DNA from: an uncultured bacterium
Lineage (GTDB): Bacteria; Verrucomicrobiota; Verrucomicrobiia; Limisphaerales; UBA8199
Assembly (NCBI GenBank): GCA_963749495.1
Contig: CAVVMW010000006.1
Span: 896,001 to 960,000 of the forward strand
Direction: 5' to 3'
DNA: 64,000 nt
The translations under genes and the position numbers were made by a program. The notes under the pieces were generated by a model. That model ran no database searches, was not told where the DNA came from, and saw only the letters and a program-made list of their open reading frames with translations. Positions 40,500 to 51,850 of the stretch are shown here, piece by piece (the first letter of the stretch is position 1; each line of letters begins with the position of its first letter).

Positions 40500-41912
40500 A
40501 TGAGCACACCCAAGAGCGTAATCGAATTAGCCAAGAAGAACGGCGCCAAGATGCTCGACATCAAGTTCGTCGACACCTTCGGCACCTGGCAGCACTTCAC
40601 CTGTCCGATCCGGGAATTGACCGAAGAGGTCTTCACTGAGGGCCTGGGATTCGATGGATCCAGCATCCGGGGATGGAAGAGCATCGAGGCCAGCGACATG
40701 CTGGCGATGCCCGACCCGGCCACCGCGTTTATGGATCCGTTCATCGCCGAGCCGACCCTCTCGCTGACCTGCACCGCGGCGGAGACGGGCACGCGCGAGC
40801 TTTACACCCGCGACCCGCGCGGCATCGCCCAGCGCGCCGAGAAATACCTGGCCAGCACCGGCATCGGCGACGCCGCCTATTTCGGCCCGAGGCGGAGTTC
40901 TTCATCTTCGATAACGTCCAGTTCGACCACAAATCCAACGGCACGTTCTACGCCATCGATTCTGATGAGGGCATCTGGAACACGGGCCGGGACGAGGCGC
41001 CCAACCTGGGCTACAAGCTCCGGCACAAGGAAGGCTACTTCCCCGTGGCCCCGGCCGACCAACTGACCGACATCCGCACCGAGATGATGCTGGTGATGGA
41101 GCAGTTGGGCCTTGTCATCGAAAAGGGGCACCACGAAGTCGCCACCGCCGGCCAGGCCGAGATCGATTACCGGTTCGAGACCCTGCTCAAATCGGCGGAC
41201 CAGATGATGGTCTATCGGTACGTGGTCAAGAACGTCGCCCGCCGCCACGGAAAGACGGCCACGTTCATGCCCAAACCGCTCTTCGGCGACAACGGCAGCG
41301 GCATGCACACCCACCAGAGCGTTCTGGAAAAAGGGCAAGCCCCTCTTTGCCGGCAACGAATACGCCGGCCTGAGCAAGCTGGCCCTCAACTACATCGGCG
41401 GCCTCCTCAAACACGCCCATGCCCTGTGCGCCTTCTGCAGCCCTACCACCAACAGCTACAAGCGCCTGGTCCCAGGCTACGAAGCCCCCGTCAACCTCGC
41501 CTACTCCTCCCGTAACCGCTCCGCCTGCATCCGCATCCCCACCTACAGCGAAAGCCCCAAGGCCAAGCGCCTGGAATACCGCCCCCCCGACCCCGCCGCC
41601 AATCCCTACCTCGCCTTCGCCGCCATGCTCATGGCCGGCCTGGACGGCATTCTCAACAAGATCGACCCGGGCGAGCCCATGGACAAGAACCTCTACGAAC
41701 TGCCGCCCGAGGAGATGGCCAAGGTGCCCCAGATCCTCGGCAGCCTCGAAGAGGCCATCACCGCCCTGGAGAAAGACCACGAATTCCTCCTCAAGGGCGA
41801 CGTCTTCAGCAGGGACTTTATCGATATGTGGATCGCGGCCAAGCGCAAGGAGCACGACGCCCTGCGCCTGCGCCCGCATCCCTATGAGTTCTTCCTCTAC
41901 TACGACGTGTAG
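40500..41912 (+). CDS. glnA: Glutamine synthetase type I; frameshifts near 40887 and 41320
   Basis: [57 protein letters not shown]. Confidence 0.96.
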
Positions 41913-41988
41913 CAGAGGACGCTCGGGGTAAGTCCAACGGCGCGGACGCAGGTCCGCGCCGTTGCCTTGCCGAGGGGCGAGGGGCGAG
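41912..41988 (+). repeat. 77-bp direct repeat copy 1, containing a terminator-like hairpin; copy 2 at 45305-45381
   Basis: GCAGAGGACGCTCGGGGTAAGTC...; hairpin AACGGCGCGGAC-GCAG-GTCCGCGCCGTT; followed by (GAGGGGC)n. Confidence 0.85.
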
Positions 41989-42059
41989 GGGCGAGGGGCG
42001 AGGGGCGAGGGGCGAGGTACGAGGGACGAGCGTATGTGCCAGGTAGCACTGCGGGAGAG

Positions 42060-42280
42060 GCAACCCGGAGGGTTGCCAGAAGGTAGCCGGGGGTCGCGGC
42101 CTCACCGCGACCCCCGGTTGAACGCGTCGAACGCCCTGCACCCCGGATGGGGTGCCAGAAAGGAGCGTCCGTCCGGGTGAGCCTCTGGCATCCCTCCGGG
42201 ATGCAAACGCACACCGCCCTTGAACCGGGGGTCTCGCTGCGCTTCGACCCCCGGCTACCTTCTCTCATCCCTCCGGGATG
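42060..42280. repeat. REP doublet, inverse relative of the cargo at 29186-29410
   Basis: AAGGTAGCCGGGGGTCG..GACCCCCGG and CATCCC.GAGGGATG-type hairpins. Confidence 0.8.
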
Positions 42281-42381
42281 AACCTGGGAAGCCGGAGTCA
42301 CGTCCCGTCGCTTTCCCCGGGCTGGTGGCGATGTCGAGATGCGCCCCCTCGCCCCTGCCGCTGGCGCCCGTCTCAGGGGCA

Positions 42382-42843
42382 GGCCTGGCGGTTCGGCACA
42401 ACGGCCAGTTCGGCCTCGTGCCGGGGCGCAATCGGCTCGCCACGGGGTTTGAAGGGCGGACTTGCCCGCAAAAAAATATGCCACCGGCGCCCGGCGCGCC
42501 TTGGGGCCAATTGGGCGCGGGTGCGGGCGTCCAGGAGAACGCGGGGTTTGTCCAAATCGCCTGCTCGCAGAAGCGCTGCAGAGTCGTGGAGGGGCAGACG
42601 CTGGCCGAGGCAGCCCGTCTTTGGAATGAGCCGCGGTTCTCTCAAGCCAAGTGAAGCCGACCTCCGATGTTGTTGCCTGCGTTTCTCCCCGCCGCTGGTG
42701 CCTATGTCCGGGCTGGCCTGGCGGTTCGGCACTGCCGCCGATTCGACCTCGTGCCGGGGCGCAACCGGCTCGCCACGGGGTTTGATTGGGCTGCCTTGCC
42801 AAAGGGAGGCCGCGGCGGGCGCCGGGCGGTTTATAGGCCGAGA
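42382..42843 (+). repeat. Non-REP direct repeats: 71 bp x2 (42382-42452, 42715-42785) and 28 bp (42816-42843; copy at 45066-45093)
   Basis: 64/71 and 27/28 identity by hand alignment. Confidence 0.8.
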
Positions 42844-42874
42844 CGGCGCGTGCCTGGGCCGGGCCAGGGCCGTG

Positions 42875-44727
42875 CTACGGCACGTACTTCACACGGAAGA
42901 AACCGGTGTTGCCGCTTGCGTTGACGTGCTGGGTGCTTGTCGTCGAGCTCGGGGTGAACGGGCTGCCGAGACTGGTCCAGGCCCCTCCCGCGACCGGGGC
43001 GAACTCCAGTTGGTAATTGTCGTAAGGCGACAGGCAACCCAAGTCCAACTGCAGCACAGGAGTCACCAGCGGGCCAAAGAACATCGCCGTTATCCGCATG
43101 GCAGGCTGCGTAATGAACGGCGGTTCGATGACGATGATCGGCGCGGTGTAACCGGACCCCGCAGCCAGAACGTTGACTGCGGTTACGACTCCATTGCTGA
43201 CTACGGCAACGGCCTGCGCCCCGCTTCCATCCCCGATGATTCTAACGGTTGGCGCATTCGTGTAACAAGACCCGCCATCGGTAAGGGTTGCGCCAACCAC
43301 AAACCCGTTCACGACCGTCCCTGTGGCAGTGGCGGCGCGAGGACTGCAGGGGCGCGAAGCAGGCACTGACTCGATGGCGTAAAGTTCTGCCACTTCGGTA
43401 AGCGACAACGCACGGTTGTAAAAGCGCAGATCGGCCATGCTTCCTTTCCAAGGGGCCGCCAGGGGATTCCCCCACTCGTCCCAGCCATTGCCAACGACGC
43501 CGATCCGAGGTGATGTGTCGCCAGGAACAGGACTTTGGAGCCCTGAGGTGTTGGTGAGCACACCGTTGAAGAAAACGCTCACTGTCCCACTGCCGCCCCC
43601 CCGTCCGCGAGCGTGAGCGCAAGCTGATTCCAACCGTTGGTGAGACCATAGGGAACCTCAATGATGTCCCACATGCCATTCCATGCGCCGAAATGCAGCA
43701 TCTCGTTCGGAGTGATGTCTATACCGAAGCAACTGCCTGGTCCTTGACGCCCCTCGTTATAGAGGGATGGCCAGGGATTGACAGTTGTGGGCTGCAGGGC
43801 GTACACCCAGGCAGACCAAGTCCAGTTTGTCTGGCCGGTGATCAAGGTCTGATTGACGATGCCATAGGATGACATGCCGTCGAAAGAGGCGGCTGGGCGC
43901 ATGTCCCCGGCAGAGCCAACGGTGGAGAACACAACATTGCTGAGGGTTAGGTCCAGGCCGTGGCCGCTTGCGTCTTTGCCGTCATCCGTCAATGGGTAAT
44001 ACGCGACCAGGCCGTTGGTGAGGAAGCTCGGTGGGGGCGCCGCCTCGGTGATCGAGAGACTGTTGACGGTCACCTCAACCTCTTGGTTGCAAAACGTTGA
44101 GGTGTCGGTCCATACACTTGCGACTATTTGATAATCTCCTGAGTAACCTGATGCTGAGCCGAGAAGAACCCAGGACGCACTATTGGAGTTATAGTAGAAC
44201 CCTGAAAGCGTTCCTCCATTGATCACCAGTCGGATCATTCCGCTTTGGTCAGTTGTGCTGGCGTAGGTGAAGGGACCTCCGCCAGATGGATAGAAGGTAT
44301 AAGCGTTGCCCGACGAGTAGGTCGTATCCTCGCGCAGCATTCCACCTGCGCCTACACCTGCCCCTACTAAGCCACATCCAAATCTAAGACCACTTGCAGA
44401 AGGCCACACGTTCAGCGAATAGTTCATCTCGATGGTGAAGTCACCACTGAGTGAAAATGTTGATAAATAATGCGCAGACATGTTGTATGCATAGGTAGGG
44501 TCCGGGATCGGTCCTGGCTGTGCATCGGCAGCGAAATTCACCTGAAAGCCATTCCCATTGTTCACATTATTCACCTGCACGCCCTTGCCATAGGCATTCA
44601 GGCTCCACGCACTACTGTCGCCGAAGTCGGCAAGTGCAGCCATGGAGACATTGCAGGCCAGTAGTGCTGAGAACATTGTAGGAGCAACGAAACGGGTGAT
44701 TGTAGAATTGAGACCAGTTGTTTTCAT
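42875..44727 (-). CDS. Secreted LamG/concanavalin-like domain protein; frameshift near 43595
   Basis: Signal peptide, LTNGLVAYYP, WKGSMADLRFYNRALS.TEVAELY, DGGSCYT/AGSGYT repeats, terminal FFRVKYVP; lower GC. Confidence 0.8.
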
Positions 44728-45387
44728 GGACGCTTTCATTTCGTCGGGAAGCCAAAATGTCCATAGCAACTCCGGTAAGCCTCAAGCCTCAGCGGGATGG
44801 GCAGTAGTCCCCGGCAACCACACAGACTTTTTGTGACGCCTACGGTTTTGAACCTCTTGCCAAGGGAATGCAAGCGAAATCCACCTGTCTCCCTGCCGCC
44901 GCGTCCACAGGCTCCGCCATCCCGCCGTCCCTGCCGGTCCGGGCTTGGCGCCGGGCATTCCCACTGAGTCGTGGCCAGGTCTGGACGCGCGGCAAATCGG
45001 GGCAGCCTTTGCGCGAGGCTTTGCCTTGGGGCGTCTGAAGGGCGGGGGTGGCCAAAGATGCCGGACGGGCGCCGGGCGGTTTGTAGGCCGAGAAACGCGC
45101 GCCCGCACCGGACCGGGGCAGGGGCAGGGGCAAACTGGCGCGGGCGGTCCCCACCGTCAGCCCGCTGTTGCCGGACCTCAGCCAGACGGGCGCCACCTCA
45201 ATCATTGTGTTGACTTGCCGGGCTGCAACCGATAGAGCTTTCGTCAATCAAACAGATTTTGCGTTTCGGTTGAGGCTTTGTTCGGAAGCCGCGAATTTCT
45301 CAATGCAGAGGACGCTCGGGGTAAGTCGCACGGCGCGGACGCAAGCCCGCGCTGTTGCCTTTCCGAGGGGCGAGGGGCGAGTGCATG

Positions 45388-45569
45388 AGGGCCGAAGGCC
45401 CGCAATGTGAGAGCCTGGGCTGGAGCGAGTCCGACGAGCGGAGGCCCAGGTCAGCCACCGTCGCGAACGTCCCCAGCCCTGTAAGGGCGTCACCCCTCAT
45501 GTCCCAATCTGTGGCCAACATCGTTTTCACCCCGTCTTCAGCACCAAAAGCCCTCTGCCGCCCTTACAG
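45388..45569 (+). mobile_element. Second REP/tnpA-start miniature element, cut by the adjacent IS
   Basis: REP arm, then ATG 45499 MSQSVANIV.. and HPVFSTK after a shift. Confidence 0.65.
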
Positions 45570-47699
45570 CAGAGATCTTTAGGGGGCAGATAATTTGACA
45601 TTTTGGAGGTTGGCCCGGTTGGCCATTTACCTGAAGCGGAAATCGAGCTTGAAATTATGGAGCCAAGGGATTCGGGGATCGATCCCTTCCCGCGCCAGTT
45701 TTTCGGGCAGGTGCTCATAATGGCTCTGTAGCAGGGAGGCATTGGGCGGCGTTGTAGAGCGTCACGACAATGGTTTGCTCCTCGACGCGAACGTCGCCTT
45801 CGAGACCCTCAAAGAGATTGCGGGCGAAGTGAGTGGCATCCCACTGTTGGAATGGGTCGCCTAAGCGCTGGCGCAGTTGATGAATAGCCGCTTGGGCCAC
45901 CAGGACCATGCTCAGATGACCATAGCGAATGTTCAGGTTGAGTGTTCCGGCGCGATGCCAGCCCAGCGCCTGATCGAATTTAAAGAATTCCTCGACGCGC
46001 CAGCGCTGCGGATAGTCCTTGGTCAGAGCGGGGACCTGGGCCAGAACGGCCGTGCTCAAAAACCCTTGGTAGTGGAGATCTTCTGGGCGCACGCCGTTGC
46101 GCTGGACGTACTCGTAGTAAGTCGCCTCGGGTTGGGTCTTGAAGTGAAAGGGCTGGAGGCTGGTCGCGTAACCGGGCCAGTGCTCGGTGAAGGCAGCCTC
46201 GGGAACCTGGCGCCAGCGTTGCACCGAATTGCCGCAAATCGGCTTGGCGCAGAGCAGGTCAAAGAGGTTGTCCTGCCGCACAGTGGAGAAGAGTTCCTCG
46301 GCATAGTGTTCCTTATCGGACAGAACCAACGGTTTGTTCTGGGCGCCCGGGGCTACCCCCAGAATGTCGGCTGCCATGCGCAGCAACTCGGGGCTGGCCT
46401 GCGTCACCGATTGCGCCGAAGAAGCTGAGGGTAAAGCACACCGGCTGGCCGGTGTGACAATCCAACAGGAAAAAGGTCTGCGCCATTTTGGCTGGTTTTT
46501 CTTGGGAGCTGAAGCGGTGCCGGCGCATCTGACGCTGGCTGTAGCTGGTCATGCGGTGCGGGTCCAGAGCCAGCAGGGTGCCCTCGAAATGTTGGCTGGC
46601 GCGGCGCAATTTGCCCAGGGCGATTTGGAGTTGTTGGGCTTGTTGGACAGTGTGGGCCTGCAACAGTTCGTGGATGGCCATGTCGGTGGGCACGAAGGGC
46701 AAGCCATTAGCCAACTCGAAGCCCTTGTGCGAAAGGGTGCGCCGCTGGCGATAGGAGCACAGACACATGGCCGCTTCATTGACCAGGTGCAAGGCCAGAC
46801 GGGGCTCGACCCGTTCGGCCGGCAAGCCCGACCAGCCACACATCAGGTCCCAGGTGCCCAGACGCAAGTGCTCCGGCAGCAGGAGCCAAATACCGATTTG
46901 ATTGCCGGAGATTTTGTCCGCCAGGGCTTGGCGGATCTGTCGCTCCAGGCTTTTGGGATCGGCGGGCAACAAACGCTGTTTTTTGCGGGTGCGCTGGGCC
47001 TGGACAAACTGAGGTGGGTTGGCGGGATTAAGGGCGTAGAGTTTTTTTTGCATGCCCTAATCGGCGATGATGCGTTCGACGCTGCGGGTGCTGATCGCGA
47101 GGTGTTGCTGCCGGATTTTCTGGGCGATGACGGCGGCCGAAGAGTCACGATCCAGGTAGCGGCAGCGGACGACCAATTTGATGATGTCGGCGGTGCGGCG
47201 GTAATCGGATTTGGGTCCCGGGGTTTGCAGGAGCAGGCCCTCGGCGCCTTCTTTGTAGAAGTCGGCCAGGATTTGGTAATAGCGTTGGCGGGTGAAGCCG
47301 TATTTTTGAGCGGCTTTGGAAGGGCCCAGTTGTTCGCACTGGCCCTCCAGGAGCATGGCCAGGCGGCGGCAGATCTCGTCATCGTCGGGGACCAGGAGGG
47401 AGCCGCCTGGGCCCGTGAAGCTGAGGTGATCTTCGGAGAGAGAGATAATCATGGAGGAAGGGTAAGAGGAGTGGGGGGATATGTCAAATAGAATGTGGCG
47501 GTCTTTCAGGCACTTAGGGAAGCTAATGGCAGTGATGATGTCGTAAAACGTGTGCGAATATTGGTATTTATGAGCGAAGGGGTCTCTGGCAGAGAGAGCC
47601 TTGCCGCCACATTTCATTTGACACAATGACCAAGCCCAAAAAGAGGGACAGGTTCTGATCTACTCATGTGTCAAATTATCTGCCCCCTAAAGATCTCTG
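45570..47699 (-). mobile_element. Insertion sequence of uncertain family, 2130 bp, 31-bp perfect terminal IR
   Basis: CAGAGATCTTTAGGGGGCAGATAATTTGACA at both ends; no clean target duplication (ACAG vs CCAG). Confidence 0.85.
45627..47452 (-). pseudogene. HTH plus DDE-type transposase; in-frame TAG at 47057-47059; frameshifts near 46420 and 45750
   Basis: TRQRYYQ..PGPK HTH, LALDPH, LSDKEH, YPQRWRVEEFFK, terminal IPWLHNFKLDFRFR. Confidence 0.75.
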
Positions 47700-48238
47700 C
47701 CAGCAGGGCTGCGTAGTAGAGCGCGCTGCCCAGGAGGCTCGGCGCGGCCACATAATAGCAGGCCCCCGCCCAGCCGGCCATCCAATGGCTGCTGCTGGGT
47801 GCGATTAAAACTGTCGGTCATCCAACGGCGCCTTTTTGCCCCGAAGGGGCTTCCGACAATAGCCCAACGTTTCAACGTTGGGTTGGATGCGCCGGCACCC
47901 CGAGTCCCGAAGGGACGGCTGAAACGCCGGAGGACTTCAGCCGTCCCTTCGGGACTTTGCCCATCTTCGCCTGGATCCCAACGTTGAAACGTTGGGCTAT
48001 TCTCAAATGTCCCTCCGGGACAAAACTCCCGGTACGCATGCCCGACGCCTTTGATCGCACCCGCTGCCGACCCGGATGCACTCCATGAGAAACCAGCCCG
48101 CATGGTTGAACAACTCCGCCACGGCGGGAAACCACGGCGTCGTCAGCAAACTGGCCAGGTTGCTCACCAGCACCAGGGCGCACAGCGGCACGGCTGTCAG
48201 GTTGGCCGGCGTGCCCACCGGCGTCACGACATGGAGAT
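47700..48238 (-). pseudogene. comEC: Orphan internal comEC segment (paralogue of ~52768-53030), split by a miniature element
   Basis: HVVTPVGTPANLTAVPLCALVLVSNLASLLTTPWFPAVAELFNHAGWFLMECIRVGS then CYYVAAPSLLGSALYYAALL. Confidence 0.9.
47797..48062. mobile_element. Miniature element carrying a REP doublet
   Basis: Ends GGGTGCGATTAAA and TTTGATCGCACCC; GCT-type short duplication; inner CCCAACGTTTCAACGTTGGG and AGTCCCGAAGGGAC pairs. Confidence 0.8.
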
Positions 48239-48464
48239 ATTGTTTCCCATTTAAACCAGCGGTTTTCCTGGCATTTTGCGAACTTTCAGGAGTTGCCCTG
48301 AGAGCAACTACGAATGGTTGGACCTCAGTGATTTATTGATTAAGACGTTCGCTAACTGCTTTGATTTCATATCTTTGACTTCCTGATACAAAACGTGCCC
48401 CCACCAATGATACCCTTCGCGGCGCATCGTGCGCGACGAATTCTCTTTTGCGCTCCCGTCAAAC

Positions 48465-48625
48465 CAGCGTTGAGTTCATGGGGGGCTCACGTCTGGGCGC
48501 GTTATCTTCGGTCCCGACGACGCCGAACCGGTTTTAGGCGTGACCGCCCTTGAATCGGTGGGCTCTCGGGTGGACGCCGCCAATCGCCCCCTCAGGCGAA
48601 TGCCGGCCATACCGCTGAAATCAGC
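48465..48625 (+). pseudogene. Clan AA aspartic protease C-terminal remnant
   Basis: VEFMG..TSGRVIFGPDDAEPVLGVTALESVG..VD..NR.L.RMPAIPLK; no DTG N-terminus. Confidence 0.6.
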
Positions 48626-48662
48626 CCTGCGGTTCGTTCAGGAGCAGGTGTGCGGTTGAATT

Positions 48663-48739
48663 AACCGCAAAGAACGCAGAGATCACAAAGAGAGACATCG
48701 GTTGCCTCGGCCTTTGCGTTCTTTGTGTTCTATGCGGTT
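48663..48739. repeat. 9-mer-based inverted repeat
   Basis: AACCGCAAAGAACGCAGAG ... CTTTGTGTTCTATGCGGTT. Confidence 0.75.
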
Positions 48740-48777
48740 AACTCTGCCACCTGTTCTAAAAAGGGGGCTGCCCCGGT

Positions 48778-49084
48778 TCACCCCCCCGGCGCCGCGGCGG
48801 TTTTCGGAATCTGGGCTGCCCCGGTGAGCCTGAGCCCGCCCATGGTCGTTAGCTCCCAACGGCCGCGCCGGAGTTCGAGGGTCGTCGCCCCTTCCCAGCG
48901 CGTATACACGACTGGCACCTGTCTCCTGCCCAGCCGTTCGCAGAAGCTCGGGCGCGCTCGCGCGGAGGAGGGGAATTCCGAGTCTGCCACCACGATGAGG
49001 CGGGGCCCGATGGCCTCCAGCAGGTCATCGCCCAGCGCCTCCAGCGCGCCCGGCAGTCCCGTCACGACGATGTCGGCCCGCAGG
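48778..49084 (-). pseudogene. comEC: Orphan alternative 3' end of comEC
   Basis: 48977-49084 matches 52050-52157 at 107/108 nt, then a homologous but divergent tail ending in its own stop. Confidence 0.9.
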
Positions 49085-49320
49085 GCAGGCAGGACTTGAT
49101 GAGCAATAGGCATGGTGAGTTCCCTTCTGATGCCGCGATTATCCGCAGGTTTGAGCTTGACGAGAGGCCAGTGCCGAGTAAAATCGGGCAAACGGGTCGA
49201 GCAAATGAGCGCGAGCGTAAACCAGTTCGCCCTTGGCCACGCAGGCTCAATAAACCAGCGGTGCGGCAAAAAGCAGACTTCTATCAGTCAAGGCAATAGA
49301 CCCAAGGCTATAAACCGACT

Positions 49321-51018
49321 ATGAAAAGACTAGCATTGGCAGGCATTGTAACCCTGGCCTTCGCCCTGGGTGGTTTTGCCCAAGGGATCATTGACCTGGA
49401 CAATTCTGCCGGGAACTACGGCTTGTGCGTCAATGGATCGGGCGGGAGGAACTGGTACTCCGGGACGTTCGGCATGGAAGTGTGGGAACTCAGCGGGGTG
49501 AGTGCCATTCCGCTTGGTATCAACTTCGGCCCTTTCGAGCTGTTTGAGGGTTCTGGCGCAGTGGCATACTACCACATGGTAGGCGCTGGGTTCAAGAAGG
49601 AGGCGACCTTCGCCAACCAGGCGACGTGCGGGTCCGCCTCCTTTTGTTTGGGTGAATGCGACATGCCGGATGTCAGCCCTGCAGGCAGCCAAGTCGTCCT
49701 TGCGCTTGTCGCGTGGAACACCTCGGACGCAAGCTTCAGTGCCATGCTCGCCAGGTGCGATCCGAATACCTGTGCTGGTGTAGTCGCCTTCGTCAACGCC
49801 ACTGGTGACCCCACGGCCAGCCCGCCTGGCACTCCCCAAGCAATCACGGGGTGGGACAGCGTCGGCGCCAACCTGGTCATGATGCCACTGGGCGACCGTA
49901 GGGGCGACTTGCAGGTCTCGATTAGTCCACCCAGCGTTGTCAGTGCCGGAGCGCAGTGGCAGCTGGATGGTGGGGAGTGGCAGAAAAGCGGCACAATACT
50001 AACCTGCCTGCCGTGCGGCCCCCAGCATACAGTAGCTTTCTCGAGTGTAACAAACTGGATCACGCCCCCAAGCCAAACCGTCAGTATTTATGCACCGGGG
50101 ACAGCCACAGGAACCTACATGCCAGTCTTTAATTACACCACCAATAACGGCGCAATCACCATCACGGGATACACTGGTCCTGGCGGGTCCGTGACCATCC
50201 CCAACACTATCGATGGGCTGCCGGTCACCAGCATCCGGGATGGAGCGTTCTACGGCTGCACCAGCTTGACCAACTTCACGATTCCCAACAGCGTCACCAA
50301 CATCGGAGTCGCTCCGTTCCAGGACTGCTGCAGCCTGACCGCGATAACGGTGGATGCTCTCAACGCCTTTTATAGCAGTGCGGGTGCGGTCTTGTTCAAC
50401 AAGAGCCAGACCACGCTCATTCGATGTCCGGGGGGCAAAGCCGGGAACTACACGATCCCCAACAGCGTCACGACCATCGGCGACTTTGCGTTTTATGCCT
50501 GCGGCAGCCTGACCAGCGTTACGATTGGCAACAGCGTCGCCAGCATTGGACGGTGGGCGTTCAGTTCGTGCACCGCCCTGACCAGCGTCATGATTCCGAA
50601 CAGCGTCACCAGCATTGGGGACGGGGCGTTCACTGGTTGCACCAGCCTGACGAGCGTCTATTTCCAGGGTAACGCTGCCAGTGCTGGCTCGTCTGTCTTT
50701 GACGGTGACACCAAGGCGACCGTCTATTATTTTCCTGGGACCACGGGCTGGGGTCCGACTTTTGCGGGTCTTCAGACTGTGTTGTGGAACCCGCAGATGC
50801 AGACCAGAAATGCCAACTTCGGCGTGCGGACCAATCGCTTTGGATTCACTATTACCGGGAACAGCGGCCTCATGGTCGTGGTGGAAGCCTGCACGAATCT
50901 GGTCAATCCAAGTTGGACTCCGGTGCAAACCAACACCCTCAACGGCAACTCGCTCTATTTCAGCGATCCCCAGTGGACCAACTATCGAAATCGATTTTAT
51001 CGTTTCAGCATGCCGTGA
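49321..51018 (+). CDS. Secreted BspA-type leucine-rich-repeat protein
   Basis: Signal peptide, TIPNSVTSIGD.AF..CTSLTSV repeats, terminal FSDPQWTNYRNRFYRFSMP. Confidence 0.9.
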   Translation: MKRLALAGIVTLAFALGGFAQGIIDLDNSAGNYGLCVNGSGGRNWYSGTFGMEVWELSGVSAIPLGINFGPFELFEGSGAVAYYHMVGAGFKKEATFANQATCGSASFCLGECDMPDVSPAGSQVVLALVAWNTSDASFSAMLARCDPNTCAGVVAFVNATGDPTASPPGTPQAITGWDSVGANLVMMPLGDRRGDLQVSISPPSVVSAGAQWQLDGGEWQKSGTILTCLPCGPQHTVAFSSVTNWITPPSQTVSIYAPGTATGTYMPVFNYTTNNGAITITGYTGPGGSVTIPNTIDGLPVTSIRDGAFYGCTSLTNFTIPNSVTNIGVAPFQDCCSLTAITVDALNAFYSSAGAVLFNKSQTTLIRCPGGKAGNYTIPNSVTTIGDFAFYACGSLTSVTIGNSVASIGRWAFSSCTALTSVMIPNSVTSIGDGAFTGCTSLTSVYFQGNAASAGSSVFDGDTKATVYYFPGTTGWGPTFAGLQTVLWNPQMQTRNANFGVRTNRFGFTITGNSGLMVVVEACTNLVNPSWTPVQTNTLNGNSLYFSDPQWTNYRNRFYRFSMP

Positions 51019-51149
51019 GGCAGAGGAGCAGCATCCACAATGGACATTTCACCCCCACATTTGCAGGCAGTGGCGCTTGGGGGCTTGGCGGAGCTCTGTG
51101 ATGCTCGGGCAGCGATCGGAAGAAAGTTATGGGCTTGATACTGGAGCAC

Positions 51150-51564
51150 TCGATACTCCTCGGTCATTTGTTCGCCGCCGTGGTCCGGGTTAGGGATGAG
51201 GCGCTGGCGCTTGGGATCCACGACGAGGTCTAGTACCTCTAGCGGCACCTGGCCCAAGAGGTTGGGGACATTCTGGGGCACTTCGATCACGTCGAAGGTT
51301 TCGCGCCGGTCCATGAGTTCGAGTTCGACCGGCTCGTACTTGAAGTGGATGGCGTCGCCGTTAGTGGTGAGCGAGCGGACCGCATCGGTGCGGGTCAGGC
51401 CCAGCTTCTTGATCACCGATGGCTTGAGATAAAGGCGGGTGGCGCCGGTATCCACCAAGGCCTCGACCTCAACCGCGCGCGGCTTGCGCTTGGCCAGCTT
51501 GAGCCGGCGGAGAATGATGTCGCTGTAGTTGGTCAGCTTGATTTCGAACGATGACTTTGCCCAT
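51150..51564 (-). CDS. Clan AA (retropepsin-like) aspartic protease; frameshift near 51545; ORF reads on to 50997
   Basis: MGKVIV..IKLTN, VEALVDTGATRL, LLGQVPLEVLDLVVDP...LIPNPDHGG. Confidence 0.8.
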
Positions 51565-51639
51565 GGTGTCGCTCTGTTTCACAAGGGAATCTGTGCCCGC
51601 AGGCAGCGGGTGTCAATCGCCTTCGGCTGGTTCGCGTAA

Positions 51640-51850
51640 GGCCTCAGTGAAGGCCGGAGCGCCAAGGGGCAGACCCCTCACCCCGACCCTCTCCCCTTCC
51701 GAAGGGGAGAGGGAGAAGCATCGGCAGTCTCTTGAAGTTCCAAGCATCTCTGGTTCCTCCAGTGCCTGCGGGGAATTCTCCCTCTCCCCATCCGATGGGG
51801 AGAGGGCTGGGGTGAGGGGTCAACCGGGGACTCCCTCTCCGCCTTCACTG
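51640..51850. repeat. GGCCTCAGTGAA palindromic repeat family, copy 2; supplies the comEC stop codon
   Basis: Same ends and CCCTCTCCCC hairpins as 11366-11665; the comEC TGA is at 51845-51847. Confidence 0.85.

Noticed and set aside
42300..45300. Integron cassette array
   Set aside because: No integrase and no RYYYAAC/GTTRRRY-bounded attC sites recognised.
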